Assembly: GCA_041484665.1 (NCBI GenBank)
Contig: JBGPIA010000002.1
Location: 320,001-384,000 of the forward strand
Origin: Candidatus Krumholzibacteriia bacterium
GTDB lineage: Bacteria; Krumholzibacteriota; Krumholzibacteriia; JAJRXK01
Length of the DNA stretch: 64,000 nucleotides
Reading direction: 5' to 3'
The notes beneath the pieces were generated by a model. It saw nothing but the letters and a program-made list of their open reading frames with translations. It was not told the origin of the DNA and did not search any database. Made by a program: the position numbers and the translations under genes. Shown here piece after piece: positions 1 to 9,006 of this stretch. Within the stretch, counting starts at the first letter, position 1, and the number at the start of each line of letters is the position of its first letter.

Positions 1-1121
1 AGGTCGAGGACCGGGGCGAGGTCGCCGTGCAGCGCGGCCAGGTCCTGCAGCAGCGCGTTGAGATCCAGCGCGCGCGGTCGCGGCTCCACCGGCCGGCTGA
101 ACTCCCGGAAGCGTGCGACGACGCGCCGCAGGCTGTCCACCTCTTCCACGACGATGCGCGTGCACTCCTGCAGCAGAGCACGGTACTGGGCGTCATCGCC
201 CGCGTAGCGCGCGCGCATCTCCTCCACGGTGAGCTGGATCGGCGTGAGCGGATTCTTCACTTCGTGGGCGAGGGCGCGCGCCATCTCGCGCCACCCGGCC
301 ATTGTCTGCAGGTCTGTGAGGCGCCGCCGCTGCGCCGCCAGCGTGCCCACCATGGCATTGAAGCGCTCGGTCAGCCGCCCCACCTCGTCGGGGCGGCCGG
401 CCGGCACCTGCACTGACCAGTCGCCGCCGGCCACGCGGTCCGTCGCTTTGACCAAGCGAGCCAGCGGCGCGGTCACGCCGCGGCTGAGGGCAACCGCGCT
501 GGCCAGCGCCAGCAGCAGCGCCAGACCGTAGATGAGCAACAGCGGCGCGAGGAACCCGCGCAGCACGCGCGCGCGCTGCGCGCGCAACCCGCGCGAGAGC
601 TGCAGTCCGGTGGCGACCTGCGCGGCATCCTGGCGCCAGGCTTCGGGGAGGGCGCGCTCGACCTCGACGCGCCCTCCGCCCGCTACTGGCCAGGCGGCGC
701 GCACGGTTGCCGGAGGAGCTCCCTCCGCGAGCGCGGCCGCAGCCTTGGGAAGATCACCGGCCTGCACGACCAGAGGCTCCACCGGTCCGGCGGCGCCGTC
801 GGGCCAGAACAGCACCACACGCTCCTGCGCGGCGCCCGGCGCTGGCCGCAGCGCGCGCAGTGCAGCGGCGGCGGCAGGCGGTGCAGCGCCGGGCGGCACG
901 CGTGTGGCCCAGGCGCGTGCGACGTCCTGCACCTCCTGCTGGCGGCGTAGCAGATCCTCGCGCACGCCGCGCAGGCCAGCCGACAGGGCAGCGTCCATCT
1001 CGTTGCTCAGCGAGAGCGTCAGACCGCGCCCGATCAGGTCGCGCGTGACCAGCGCCGCCGGAACGGCCGGCAGCACCGCGAGGAGCGCCATCACCAGCGC
1101 CAGGCGCACGCGGACGCTCAC
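1..1121 (-). CDS. NtrY-like HAMP sensor histidine kinase (3' end runs off the window)
   Basis: Not in the ORF track. Manual minus-strand translation near 230-300 gives WREMARALAHEVKNPLTPIQLTVE (H-box). An in-frame GTG at 1121 is followed by a hydrophobic segment, with a second TM and HAMP region around 330-560. Confidence 0.85.
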   Translation of the reverse strand, partial: MSVRVRLALVMALLAVLPAVPAALVTRDLIGRGLTLSLSNEMDAALSAGLRGVREDLLRRQQEVQDVARAWATRVPPGAAPPAAAAALRALRPAPGAAQERVVLFWPDGAAGPVEPLVVQAGDLPKAAAALAEGAPPATVRAAWPVAGGGRVEVERALPEAWRQDAAQVATGLQLSRGLRAQRARVLRGFLAPLLLIYGLALLLALASAVALSRGVTAPLARLVKATDRVAGGDWSVQVPAGRPDEVGRLTERFNAMVGTLAAQRRRLTDLQTMAGWREMARALAHEVKNPLTPIQLTVEEMRARYAGDDAQYRALLQECTRIVVEEVDSLRRVVARFREFSRPVEPRPRALDLNALLQDLAALHGDLAPVLD

Positions 1122-1143
1122 GCCTGCACCGTGCGGTCCGGTC

Positions 1144-1818
1144 TCACGGCACCTCCCGTAGGTCCGACCAACGGAACGGGGCGCTCTCGCCCGGCGCGCC
1201 CCGCGGCTGGCGCTGTGCGCCGCCCAGGAAGCGGCCCAGCAGGCCGCCCACGTTGAGCGCGAACTCGTCGCCGGCCTCCCCACTGCTCTGGCGAACGTAG
1301 CGCGAGATCCGCGCCTGGTCGCTGCCGCCCAGCGGCTCGACGGTGATCTCGACCCGCAGCCGGTAACTGCGTGCGGGCTGCAGCCGCGAGAGCGGCAACA
1401 GACGAACGCGCGCCGGGTGGGAGCAGGCGGAGTCGGCCGCGGCGAGCGTCGGCAGGGAGAGCTCGCCCTGCGGACCCGACAGCAGATAGAGGCCGGCCCA
1501 CAGGTCCAGCCGCAGACGCAGCGTGAGCATCACAGTCCCCACGCTGCCGCCACCCTCCTCGCGCACGTCGAAGCGATAGGAGCAGAAACCGGGCAACCCG
1601 CTCTCCACCGTGCTCCGTGTGCGGGCGTCGAGCAGATCCGACGCGCCCACCTCGCAGTACAGCCAGCCCCCGCCACGGAAGACCTCGATGCGTTCAACAC
1701 GCGCGGCGCGCGCGACCGGTACCACGGCTGCCACGGTGAACGCCGCGGCCAAGAGCGCCCGCGCCGACAGCGCCAATGTCTCGGCCAACTTCCCGCGCGC
1801 TGCCGCTCTCGCGGGCAT
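1144..1818 (-). CDS. DUF4390-like exported protein
   Basis: Signal peptide and the pattern RSTVESGLP...LRLDLWAGLY. It lies directly upstream of an NtrY-like kinase, the usual context for DUF4390. Confidence 0.6.
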   Translation of the reverse strand: MPARAAARGKLAETLALSARALLAAAFTVAAVVPVARAARVERIEVFRGGGWLYCEVGASDLLDARTRSTVESGLPGFCSYRFDVREEGGGSVGTVMLTLRLRLDLWAGLYLLSGPQGELSLPTLAAADSACSHPARVRLLPLSRLQPARSYRLRVEITVEPLGGSDQARISRYVRQSSGEAGDEFALNVGGLLGRFLGGAQRQPRGAPGESAPFRWSDLREVP

Positions 1819-1819
1819 C

Positions 1820-3208
1820 CTAGAACGTGAACCCCAGCGATCCGTGCACCCAGTAGGGATCGCGGGTCGCGGTGTCGGTCAGCGGGATCCCGACGTCCAG
1901 CCCGAAGATCTGCACCCAGGGCACGCGCAGCCGGATCCCGTAGCCCGCGCCCAGCGCAGGGTTCGCGGAGTTGCCGTCACGGTCCCAGTGCTGGCCCCAG
2001 TCTACGAACACGAGGCCCGTGAGCCGTGGGACCGCCGCCGCGCGGCCGGCCAGCGGGCGGCGCAACTCGGCGGATGCGAGCCAGGTTGCCCGCGCGCCCC
2101 GCGGGCCGCTGAGGCTCGCGTCGCGGAATCCGCGCACCGTTCCGATGCCCCCGAACACGAGGCGCTCGTAGTACGGCGCACCCGGGCCGGCCCAAGCGCC
2201 GGCGGCGCGCAGCGCCAGCACCGACCGCCGGGGCAACGGCACGAACGCTCGCAGGTCGGCTTCGGCGCGCCCGAAGCCAGCGCCTCCATCGATGACGGAC
2301 GCGCCAGCGCGGGCCCCCAGCCAGCTGCCCGAGCGCGTGAACGAAGGCGCGTCGCGGTGGTCGGAGGTCAGCTCCAGCCGAGCTCCGACGATCGTCTGGC
2401 GCCCACCCACGAGCGGCAGCAGCGTGCTGGCGCCACGCTCCGCGGTGCCGCCATGCTGCTCCAACGTGGTGTCGGGCTTCACGCCCTCGACTCCGCCCCA
2501 CAGCGTTAGCTGCGAGACCCGCCCCAGGCGGCGCCGCAGGCCCAGCTCCGCGCGGCCGATGGTCAGTTGTTGGCGAAACTCGTCGTTGCCGGCGAACGCG
2601 ATCCAGGTCTGCGAGCCAGCGAATCCGCGCGCGAGCAGGTCGAACGGGCCACCGCCCAGCCCCTCCCGCGCGAAATCGGCGTAGACCCCGCCGGTGCGCA
2701 CCCCCAGGCGCAGGCCTGCCCGCAGGTGACCGGCTCCGCCCAGCGGCGCGGTCCAGCGCACGCCCGCCAGATTGAGGTACCAGCCGTCGAGAGGATCGTG
2801 GCCGAAGCCGGTTTCCAGGCGCGCGTGCCGGTCGAGCTCGGCCTCGACCACCAGCACGACGCTGCCCGGCTGCCCGCCCGGCGTCGTGTAGATGAAGAGC
2901 GAGCGGAAGGCGCCCGAGAGCTCCAGCGCTTCGCGCGCCGACTGCAGCGCGGGCAGGTCGAGCTCCTCGCCGACCCGCAGGGGAAGGAGCCGGCGCACGG
3001 TGCGCTCCTGCGCCCCACCGGACGGGTGCACGTCGATGCGCACCAGCTGCAACGCGCGCGCCTGCGCCACGGCCCGTGGTGGCGCGACGGCGTCCGGCTG
3101 CGCAAAGGCGCGCGGGGGTGCGACGGCGAGCAGCGGTCCCAGCGCCAGCGCCAAGCCCGCGGCGACCGGCCGCAGGCGCGTGCGGATCGGGTGCGGAAGG
3201 CGTGACAT
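1820..3208 (-). CDS. Omp85/BamA-TamA family outer membrane protein (one POTRA-like domain plus beta-barrel)
   Basis: Signal peptide, POTRA-like segment (LELSGAFRSL), VRGF loop motif and C-terminal aromatic (LGFTF). Start placed at ATG 3208 inside ORF 1820..3706. Confidence 0.8.
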   Translation of the reverse strand: MSRLPHPIRTRLRPVAAGLALALGPLLAVAPPRAFAQPDAVAPPRAVAQARALQLVRIDVHPSGGAQERTVRRLLPLRVGEELDLPALQSAREALELSGAFRSLFIYTTPGGQPGSVVLVVEAELDRHARLETGFGHDPLDGWYLNLAGVRWTAPLGGAGHLRAGLRLGVRTGGVYADFAREGLGGGPFDLLARGFAGSQTWIAFAGNDEFRQQLTIGRAELGLRRRLGRVSQLTLWGGVEGVKPDTTLEQHGGTAERGASTLLPLVGGRQTIVGARLELTSDHRDAPSFTRSGSWLGARAGASVIDGGAGFGRAEADLRAFVPLPRRSVLALRAAGAWAGPGAPYYERLVFGGIGTVRGFRDASLSGPRGARATWLASAELRRPLAGRAAAVPRLTGLVFVDWGQHWDRDGNSANPALGAGYGIRLRVPWVQIFGLDVGIPLTDTATRDPYWVHGSLGFTF

Positions 3209-3351
3209 GCCCGCCCAGCCCAACAAGAGCCGTGCCGGGCCGGCGAACGGGAGCGGGTAGCGCAAGCGCTTGCGCGGAGCGACCATGGCGGCGCCGCGGG
3301 CGCGGGGCCGGGGGCCGGCGGCGTGCCGTGGCGTCACGCTGTGCACGGGCG

Positions 3352-3996
3352 TCACGCTCGCGGAGCGGCCCGGGCACGCGCCTGCTGCAGCGCAGCCCGG
3401 TCGTTGACGTTGAGCAGGGCGCCGCGATCGGGCGCCGTCCACGTGCGGAGGAGCCCCGCGGGCAGTTGCGCGAGCGCGCGCTGCAGGCTGGTCTCCCCTT
3501 GCGCCTGCGCGCGCCGCAGGAGGTCGAGCACGGCCGGACGGTAAAGCGCGCACAGCGGCTCCAGTCCGCGCTCGCCTTTGACCACCACCGCCGCCGCGTC
3601 GGGCGCCGTCATGGCATAGTCCAGGAGGCCTTGCAGCAGCGCTGCGTCCAGCAGGGGCAGGTCCGCCGCCAAGGCAAGCAGCGGGCAGTCCAGCAGAGGC
3701 AGCCAATGCAGCAGCGCGCGCAGCGGGCCCTCACGCGGCGGCGGCTCGTGGAGCAGGGTGGCACCGGGCGCGATTGGAGTATGGCAGTCGCCGGGCGCCA
3801 CGGGGACGAACACGGGCGCGCCCAGCGCGGCGGCGACGCGCACGCAGCGCGTCAACAGGGGCTCGCCCGCTAGCTGTACCAGGCGCTTGTCGGGCCCCAG
3901 GCGCGTGCTGGCGCCGGCGGCCAGGACGAGAATGGCGAGCTCCTGCGCGGGATCGGAGGCCGGAATGCCGGCCACAGCGGGCAAGCTGTCGGTCAC
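3352..3996 (-). CDS. mobA: Molybdenum cofactor guanylyltransferase-like NTP transferase
   Basis: LAAGASTRLGPDK, GPL, ADLP, EPLCALY and NVND motifs. The GTG at 3996 overlaps the upstream stop. Confidence 0.75.
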   Translation of the reverse strand: MTDSLPAVAGIPASDPAQELAILVLAAGASTRLGPDKRLVQLAGEPLLTRCVRVAAALGAPVFVPVAPGDCHTPIAPGATLLHEPPPREGPLRALLHWLPLLDCPLLALAADLPLLDAALLQGLLDYAMTAPDAAAVVVKGERGLEPLCALYRPAVLDLLRRAQAQGETSLQRALAQLPAGLLRTWTAPDRGALLNVNDRAALQQARARAAPRA

Positions 3997-4400
3997 CGCC
4001 GCCCGTCGTCGAGAACGGGGTGGTCGCGGTAGTAGTCGCGCTCCAGCAACTCGCCGAAATCGCACCGGCCGTCGAAGTCCTCGATGCAGTCGTCCTCGGT
4101 CTTCTTGAGGATGCCCTCTCCGACCAGCTCGAACACGATCTCGCCGAAGTCGCGCGAGGTGTGGATGCCCCACGCATTGAGCACGTGCTTGGCCAGGGGG
4201 CCGAACTCGCCTTTGGCGAATTCCATGATGCCATCCACCAGCTCAGCACCCGAGACGTGCCGGCGCTCGCCCAGCCCGCGGATCGTGAAGTCGAGGCCGC
4301 GCATCACAAAATCATAGGCCTCCAGCCGGTAGCCCCCGCCGCGCGCCAGCCGCTCGATGCGCTGGAGAATCTCCTGCTGCGAAGTGGACTCCTGGCTCAT
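3993..4400 (-). CDS. Minf_1886 family conserved hypothetical protein
   Basis: AYDFV...RHVSGAEL...FGPLAKHVLNAWGI...DFGEIVFELV...EDF pattern; ATG at 4400. Confidence 0.8.
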   Translation of the reverse strand: MSQESTSQQEILQRIERLARGGGYRLEAYDFVMRGLDFTIRGLGERRHVSGAELVDGIMEFAKGEFGPLAKHVLNAWGIHTSRDFGEIVFELVGEGILKKTEDDCIEDFDGRCDFGELLERDYYRDHPVLDDGRR

Positions 4401-4470
4401 GGCCCTCCGCGGGATCGCCGAAGCGCGACGGTTGGGGATGGAAGGAGGGTGTCGTGCGTCGGTGGGGGAT

Positions 4471-4498
4471 ATTCTAAGACCGCCGGCCACCCTGTCAA
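4471..4498 (-). promoter_or_regulatory. Sigma-70 type promoter upstream of the Minf_1886 operon
   Basis: Minus strand reads TTGACA-N16-TAGAAT in the intergenic gap. Confidence 0.75.
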
Positions 4499-4578
4499 CC
4501 TGGCCGCCCTGCCCCGCGTGCCTGCGGGCCGTCGCGGGGCCGCTGGCGAGCCCCGCACTAGCAATCCCGGCTCTGGCC

Positions 4579-5736
4579 TCAGGCCGCGCGCGGCGGCACT
4601 CCGCCATCGAGCAGCTCGTCGTACAGCCGAACGTAGGCGTCGATCACGTGGCGCAGGTCGAAGCGCTCGATGGCCGCGGCGCGAGCCCGCTGCCCCATCG
4701 CCATGGCCAGGTCCGGCTCGCGCAGCAGGCGCAGGACGCTGGCCACCTGTCCATCCTCGTCGTGGGGATCGTGCAGGAAGCCGGTGCTCCCGCTCTCGAT
4801 CACCTCCGGCAACCCGCCGCGGTTGCTGGCGACCACGGGGGTCTGGCAGCTCATAGCCTCCAGCGCCACCAGCCCGAAGCTCTCGTGCTCGCTCGGGAGC
4901 AACAGCACGTCGGCCATGGCCAAGATCTCGTGGATGAGCTCCTGGTTGCCCGTGAACACGACGTCGCGGGCCACACCCAGCTGGCGCGCCAGACTCTCGG
5001 AGGGGCCGCGCTCCGGCCCGTCCCCCACGATCACCAGCTTGCACGGCACCTGCTGGCGCACGCGGCTGAAGACGCGCAGCACGGTGGGCAGGTTCTTCAC
5101 CGGCCGCAGGTTGCTCACGTGCATGAGGACCTTCTGTCCGGCGTCGGCGAAGGGGCATTGCGTCTTGAGCTCCGGGCGCGGTGTGAAGGTTTCGGTGTCC
5201 ACGAAGTTGGGGATCACGCCGATCGGCCGGCGGATGTCGAAGATGCGGCGCGTCTCCACCTCCAGGAAGCGGCTCACGGCCGTCACGGCGTCGCTGCGCT
5301 CGATGACGAACTTGGTCAACGCGTAGAAGCTGGGCACCTGTCCCACCAGCGTGATGTCGGTGCCGTGCAGCGTGGTGACGGTAGCGATGCGTCGCGGCAA
5401 GAGCATCTGCTGGGCCAGGAAGCTGCTGGCAGCGTGGGGGATGGCGTAGTGGACGTGCAGCAGGTCCAGCTCGTGGTAGCGCGCCACCTCCGTCATCTTG
5501 GTCGCCAGCGCCAGGCTGTACGGCGTGTGCGGGAAGGGCGTATAGGTGACGACCTCGACTTCGTGGAAGTAGATGTTCGGCGCGAAGGTCGTGAGCCGCG
5601 CCGGGACGGCGTTGCTGATGAAGTGGACCTCGCAACCGCGTTGGGCCAGGTTCACGCCCAGTTCTGTGGCCACGATCCCGCTCCCGCCGATGGTGGCGAA
5701 GCTGGTGATGCCGATGCGCAGCGGACGGGCGGCCAT
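4579..5736 (-). CDS. bshA: N-acetyl-alpha-D-glucosaminyl L-malate synthase (GT4)
   Basis: GGSGIVATELG, LLHVHYAIPHA, TTLHGTDITLVG, HVSNLRPVKN and ESFGLVALEAM motifs. Confidence 0.93.
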   Translation of the reverse strand: MAARPLRIGITSFATIGGSGIVATELGVNLAQRGCEVHFISNAVPARLTTFAPNIYFHEVEVVTYTPFPHTPYSLALATKMTEVARYHELDLLHVHYAIPHAASSFLAQQMLLPRRIATVTTLHGTDITLVGQVPSFYALTKFVIERSDAVTAVSRFLEVETRRIFDIRRPIGVIPNFVDTETFTPRPELKTQCPFADAGQKVLMHVSNLRPVKNLPTVLRVFSRVRQQVPCKLVIVGDGPERGPSESLARQLGVARDVVFTGNQELIHEILAMADVLLLPSEHESFGLVALEAMSCQTPVVASNRGGLPEVIESGSTGFLHDPHDEDGQVASVLRLLREPDLAMAMGQRARAAAIERFDLRHVIDAYVRLYDELLDGGVPPRAA

Positions 5737-6512
5737 CAGCGGACCTCCTGGGGAGACGGGGGACACAGCCAGGCCACCGGGTCGGACACCTGCGGCGTGG
5801 ACTCGAGCAGGAACCCTTCGGCGTAGGGCGCGCCGACGCGGGCCCCCCAGGCCGCCATGCGCGCCTCCAGACCGTCCAGGTACCCGGCGCGGTTGATGAA
5901 GGTCGGCGCGCTGGCCGCGGCCGCGACGAACTGGCTGACGTGGGCCAGGATAGCCGCGCGCCGGCTCGCCATGTGGGCCGTGACGTCCACCAGGAACGTG
6001 GGCTCGAGGTCGCGGGTGGCGACGTAGAACATGACGCCCTGCGGCCGGAACGGCGCGCCCGGCGCGGCGTAGGCGTGAACGCCGGCGAAGAACACGGCGC
6101 GGCGCGCCAGGCGCGAGGCGGCCTCGTGATCGGGATGGCGGTCGAAGGCGGCGGGCGCGCACAAGAGCCTCGGTCGGGCCAAGCGCAGCAGGCCGACCGC
6201 GGCGAGGAGCTGCGCCGCGTCGCGCTCGTCGAGCGCGCCATCGGGCAGCCCCAGCACGATGCGTGGCAAGGTCGCGCCGAGCAGGCGCGCGGCCTCCAGG
6301 CTCTCCGCGCGCCGCTGCTGCGGCGTGCCGTTGCTGGCCAGCTCCCCGGCGGTGAGGTCGCAGATCCCCACGCGGTAGCCCAGCGCCGCGAGCCGGGCGG
6401 CCGTGCCACCGGCAAACAGCTCCACGTCATCGGGATGGGCTCCCACGAACAGGGCGTCCAGTGGCTGCGCCCACGTCGGGTCCGCCTCCACCCCTCGCGC
6501 GCTTCGCTTCAC
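5736..6512 (-). CDS. bshB1: Bacillithiol biosynthesis deacetylase (PIG-L family)
   Basis: AHPDDVEL, DLTAGE and RHPDH motifs; lies between bshC and bshA. GTG at 6512 has an AGGAAGG ribosome-binding site. Confidence 0.88.
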   Translation of the reverse strand: MKRSARGVEADPTWAQPLDALFVGAHPDDVELFAGGTAARLAALGYRVGICDLTAGELASNGTPQQRRAESLEAARLLGATLPRIVLGLPDGALDERDAAQLLAAVGLLRLARPRLLCAPAAFDRHPDHEAASRLARRAVFFAGVHAYAAPGAPFRPQGVMFYVATRDLEPTFLVDVTAHMASRRAAILAHVSQFVAAAASAPTFINRAGYLDGLEARMAAWGARVGAPYAEGFLLESTPQVSDPVAWLCPPSPQEVR

Positions 6513-6568
6513 GTCGGCCTTCCTCTCGTTCGCGGCAGCGCCGCGTGCCGGCCCGCCGGCAGTCGCTC

Positions 6569-8236
6569 TCACGTGCGCGCCACCTGCACCGCGAAGCCGG
6601 TCGCCGCCCCGCGCTCCACGGCGTCGGCGTAGGGCGACGCAAGGTCGCTGAGCAGCTGCGTGAAGGCCCCGTCCCACAGCCCCCACCCCATTGCCGCCGC
6701 GAAGGCGCGCTCCTGCACCACCCCCCGCAGGCAGAGCCATTCGCCCGCCCAGCGCCAGAAGCCCTCGCGCTGCGCCGCCTGCTCCAGCGCCGCGGCCGCG
6801 ACCGCGCGCTCGGCCTGCGCGAGCTCCCGGCGCACGCGCTCCAGCGCCTTGGCCACCGTCCTGGTCCGGGCCTGCTCGCCCAGGGTGGCTGCGTACTCGC
6901 CCAGCACCGCCGCGAGCCCCGCGCGCGCCTTGTCTGCGGCGTCGCGCCAGCGCGCGGGCATTGCACCCTGCGCGAGCAACTCGCGTGCACCATCGCCCCC
7001 CGACAGCAGCAGCGCACGCTCGGCCGCAGCCGGTGGGAGCGTGACGCCGGGTGGCAGCAGCGTGACGTGGGGGCGCAACACCGGGCTGGCCCCGCGCACA
7101 CCCAGGGCCTCGTACATGGGAGCGATCTGCGCGTGATACGCCAGCTCGGAAGGGCCCAACACCGCGGCCAGGGGCGCCAGCAGCGCGTCCTGCCACAAGG
7201 GCCGCAGCAACACCGCGGGCGCCACCGTGTCGCCGGCCTCCAGGGCCGCGAGCGCGCGCTGCGGCTCGAGCTTCTCGCGCAGTCCGTCCTGCACTCGGAA
7301 AAGCCCGCTGCGGGTGGCCTTTGGCGCGAGCGGCGCTTCGATTCCAGCGGACACCATCTGCGCGCCGCGCGCGTCCACGGCCGCAGCATGCTCGGCCGCA
7401 GCCCGCGCGTGGCGCGCGAACAGCGGGCGGCCCAGCGCGAGCAAGCGCGGTGAGCGGGCGTCGACCACCACCAGCCCGTCGCCGCCGAAGACCGTCAGGT
7501 AGAAAGCGGCTGCGCGCTCGCCCAGGTCGCGGGCTGCCTGCGCGGCCTGCAACGCCTGGCTAAGATATCGGCCGTGCGCGCCGCTTTCGAGTTGGGCGAG
7601 CGCCCCCCGCTCCACGGGCTCCACGTCGTACGCGGCCAGAGCGCCGATCTGCTGGCCGGCGGCGGCCAGGCCGCGCGGCAGCTCGACACGCAGCGGACCG
7701 CGTGCGGGATGCAACAGCCAGATGCCGCGCGCCTCGTCGAAGTCGGAGTCGTCGGCGCCGCACCAGTACACGGGCACCACGGGACGACCGCCGCGCTCCT
7801 CCAGGCGACGCGCCAGCGCGATCGCCCCGGCGATCTTGTAGGCAGTGTACAGCGGACCGCCGAGCAGCCCCGGCTGCTGTCCCGCCACGACGCAGGCCGC
7901 GCCACCCTCGGCCAGCATCTCGATCGCCGCCAGCGTGCGGGGCGAGGCCGCCAGTCGCGCGTGGCGCTCGCGCAACTCCTGCGCGAAGGCGGCGTCCTGC
8001 CAGGCCGGCCCCACCCGGCTGTCCGGCCCCGCCGCCAGCCGACCGGTCGGCGGGCCTGCCGGCGGCCTTGCATCGGAAGCGGTGCGCGGCTCGGCAAGCG
8101 CGCTGGCCCGCAGCGGTGGGCCAGCCGGCACCCAGGATACATTCCCGCGCAGCCAGCGCCGTACGTAGTCCGACAGCCCAGGGGTCTCCTCGGCGGTCAG
8201 CGCCACGAGCTGGAACGGGGTGGGCGCTTGGGTCAT
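6569..8236 (-). CDS. bshC: Bacillithiol biosynthesis cysteine-adding enzyme
   Basis: GQQPGLLGGPLYTAYK, DSDFDE, VLLRPLWQD, GPSELAY and VQER motifs. Confidence 0.88.
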   Translation of the reverse strand: MTQAPTPFQLVALTAEETPGLSDYVRRWLRGNVSWVPAGPPLRASALAEPRTASDARPPAGPPTGRLAAGPDSRVGPAWQDAAFAQELRERHARLAASPRTLAAIEMLAEGGAACVVAGQQPGLLGGPLYTAYKIAGAIALARRLEERGGRPVVPVYWCGADDSDFDEARGIWLLHPARGPLRVELPRGLAAAGQQIGALAAYDVEPVERGALAQLESGAHGRYLSQALQAAQAARDLGERAAAFYLTVFGGDGLVVVDARSPRLLALGRPLFARHARAAAEHAAAVDARGAQMVSAGIEAPLAPKATRSGLFRVQDGLREKLEPQRALAALEAGDTVAPAVLLRPLWQDALLAPLAAVLGPSELAYHAQIAPMYEALGVRGASPVLRPHVTLLPPGVTLPPAAAERALLLSGGDGARELLAQGAMPARWRDAADKARAGLAAVLGEYAATLGEQARTRTVAKALERVRRELAQAERAVAAAALEQAAQREGFWRWAGEWLCLRGVVQERAFAAAMGWGLWDGAFTQLLSDLASPYADAVERGAATGFAVQVART

Positions 8237-9006
8237 GGGAGTCCGCGGGAGACGGATGCGCCGGCGCTGCGCGGCTCCCGCGTCAGCTTGAGCAGGATGC
8301 GCTCGCTGCGCTGCGGATCCAGCGGCGCGCCGTCATAGCCGCCGCGCGCGTCGGCCACGGCGAGCCCGTGCGGCGCGAACATGGCAGCGAACTGTTCGCG
8401 CGTGAAGAGCATGACCCGCTCGTCGTAGCGCTCCAGCTCGGCCAGGTCGCCGCGGCGCAGCAGCCGGATCGTCTTGCACACGCGGGGTGGGGCGCTCTCC
8501 AGCCAGCGCCGCTCCTCCACGATCCCCGCGTCGGTCTCGCGGCGGCTGAGGGGCACCAGGCCGCGGGCGAGTGGTGGGCCATTGGGCGCGTCGACCACGA
8601 CCCCACAACGCGCGACCCGCGCCAGCTCGCCGGCCAGGGCGGCGTGCTCGCGCTGTGAGGCGAAGTACCCGAAGCTCGTGAACATGCAGAGGGTCCAGTC
8701 GAAGGTGCCGCTGCCAAACGGGATCTCGCGCATGTCGGCGCGCACCAGCGGCGCCGCTACGCTCGCAGCGCGGGCCTCTCGCAGCAGTCTCCAGGACAGA
8801 TCCAGCCCCACCGGCACCGCGCCGCGCGCCTGCAGCTCGGTCAGGTAGCGACCTGCCCCGCAGCCGACGTCCAGCACGCCGCGTCCCTGCAGCTCCTGCG
8901 GCCCGAACAGGAGCGCCATCACGGCCGCGGCCTCGCGACCGTCGCGGTGCGCGTACAGCTCGAGGTACCGCTCGCCGAACGCGGACCTGAACCAATCGCC
9001 GCTCAA
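8233..9006 (-). CDS. Class I SAM-dependent methyltransferase
   Basis: VLDVGCGAGR (motif I), RADMR and FTSFGYF. TTG at 9006 overlaps the amrB stop, and its own stop overlaps the bshC start. Confidence 0.88.
   Translation of the reverse strand: MSGDWFRSAFGERYLELYAHRDGREAAAVMALLFGPQELQGRGVLDVGCGAGRYLTELQARGAVPVGLDLSWRLLREARAASVAAPLVRADMREIPFGSGTFDWTLCMFTSFGYFASQREHAALAGELARVARCGVVVDAPNGPPLARGLVPLSRRETDAGIVEERRWLESAPPRVCKTIRLLRRGDLAELERYDERVMLFTREQFAAMFAPHGLAVADARGGYDGAPLDPQRSERILLKLTREPRSAGASVSRGLP

Noticed and set aside
4535..4557. Hairpin GCGGGGC...GCCCCGC after bshA as a terminator (similar hairpins near 19560-19590 and 57361-57386)
   Set aside because: No U-tract on the transcribed strand, so it cannot be called a terminator from sequence alone.
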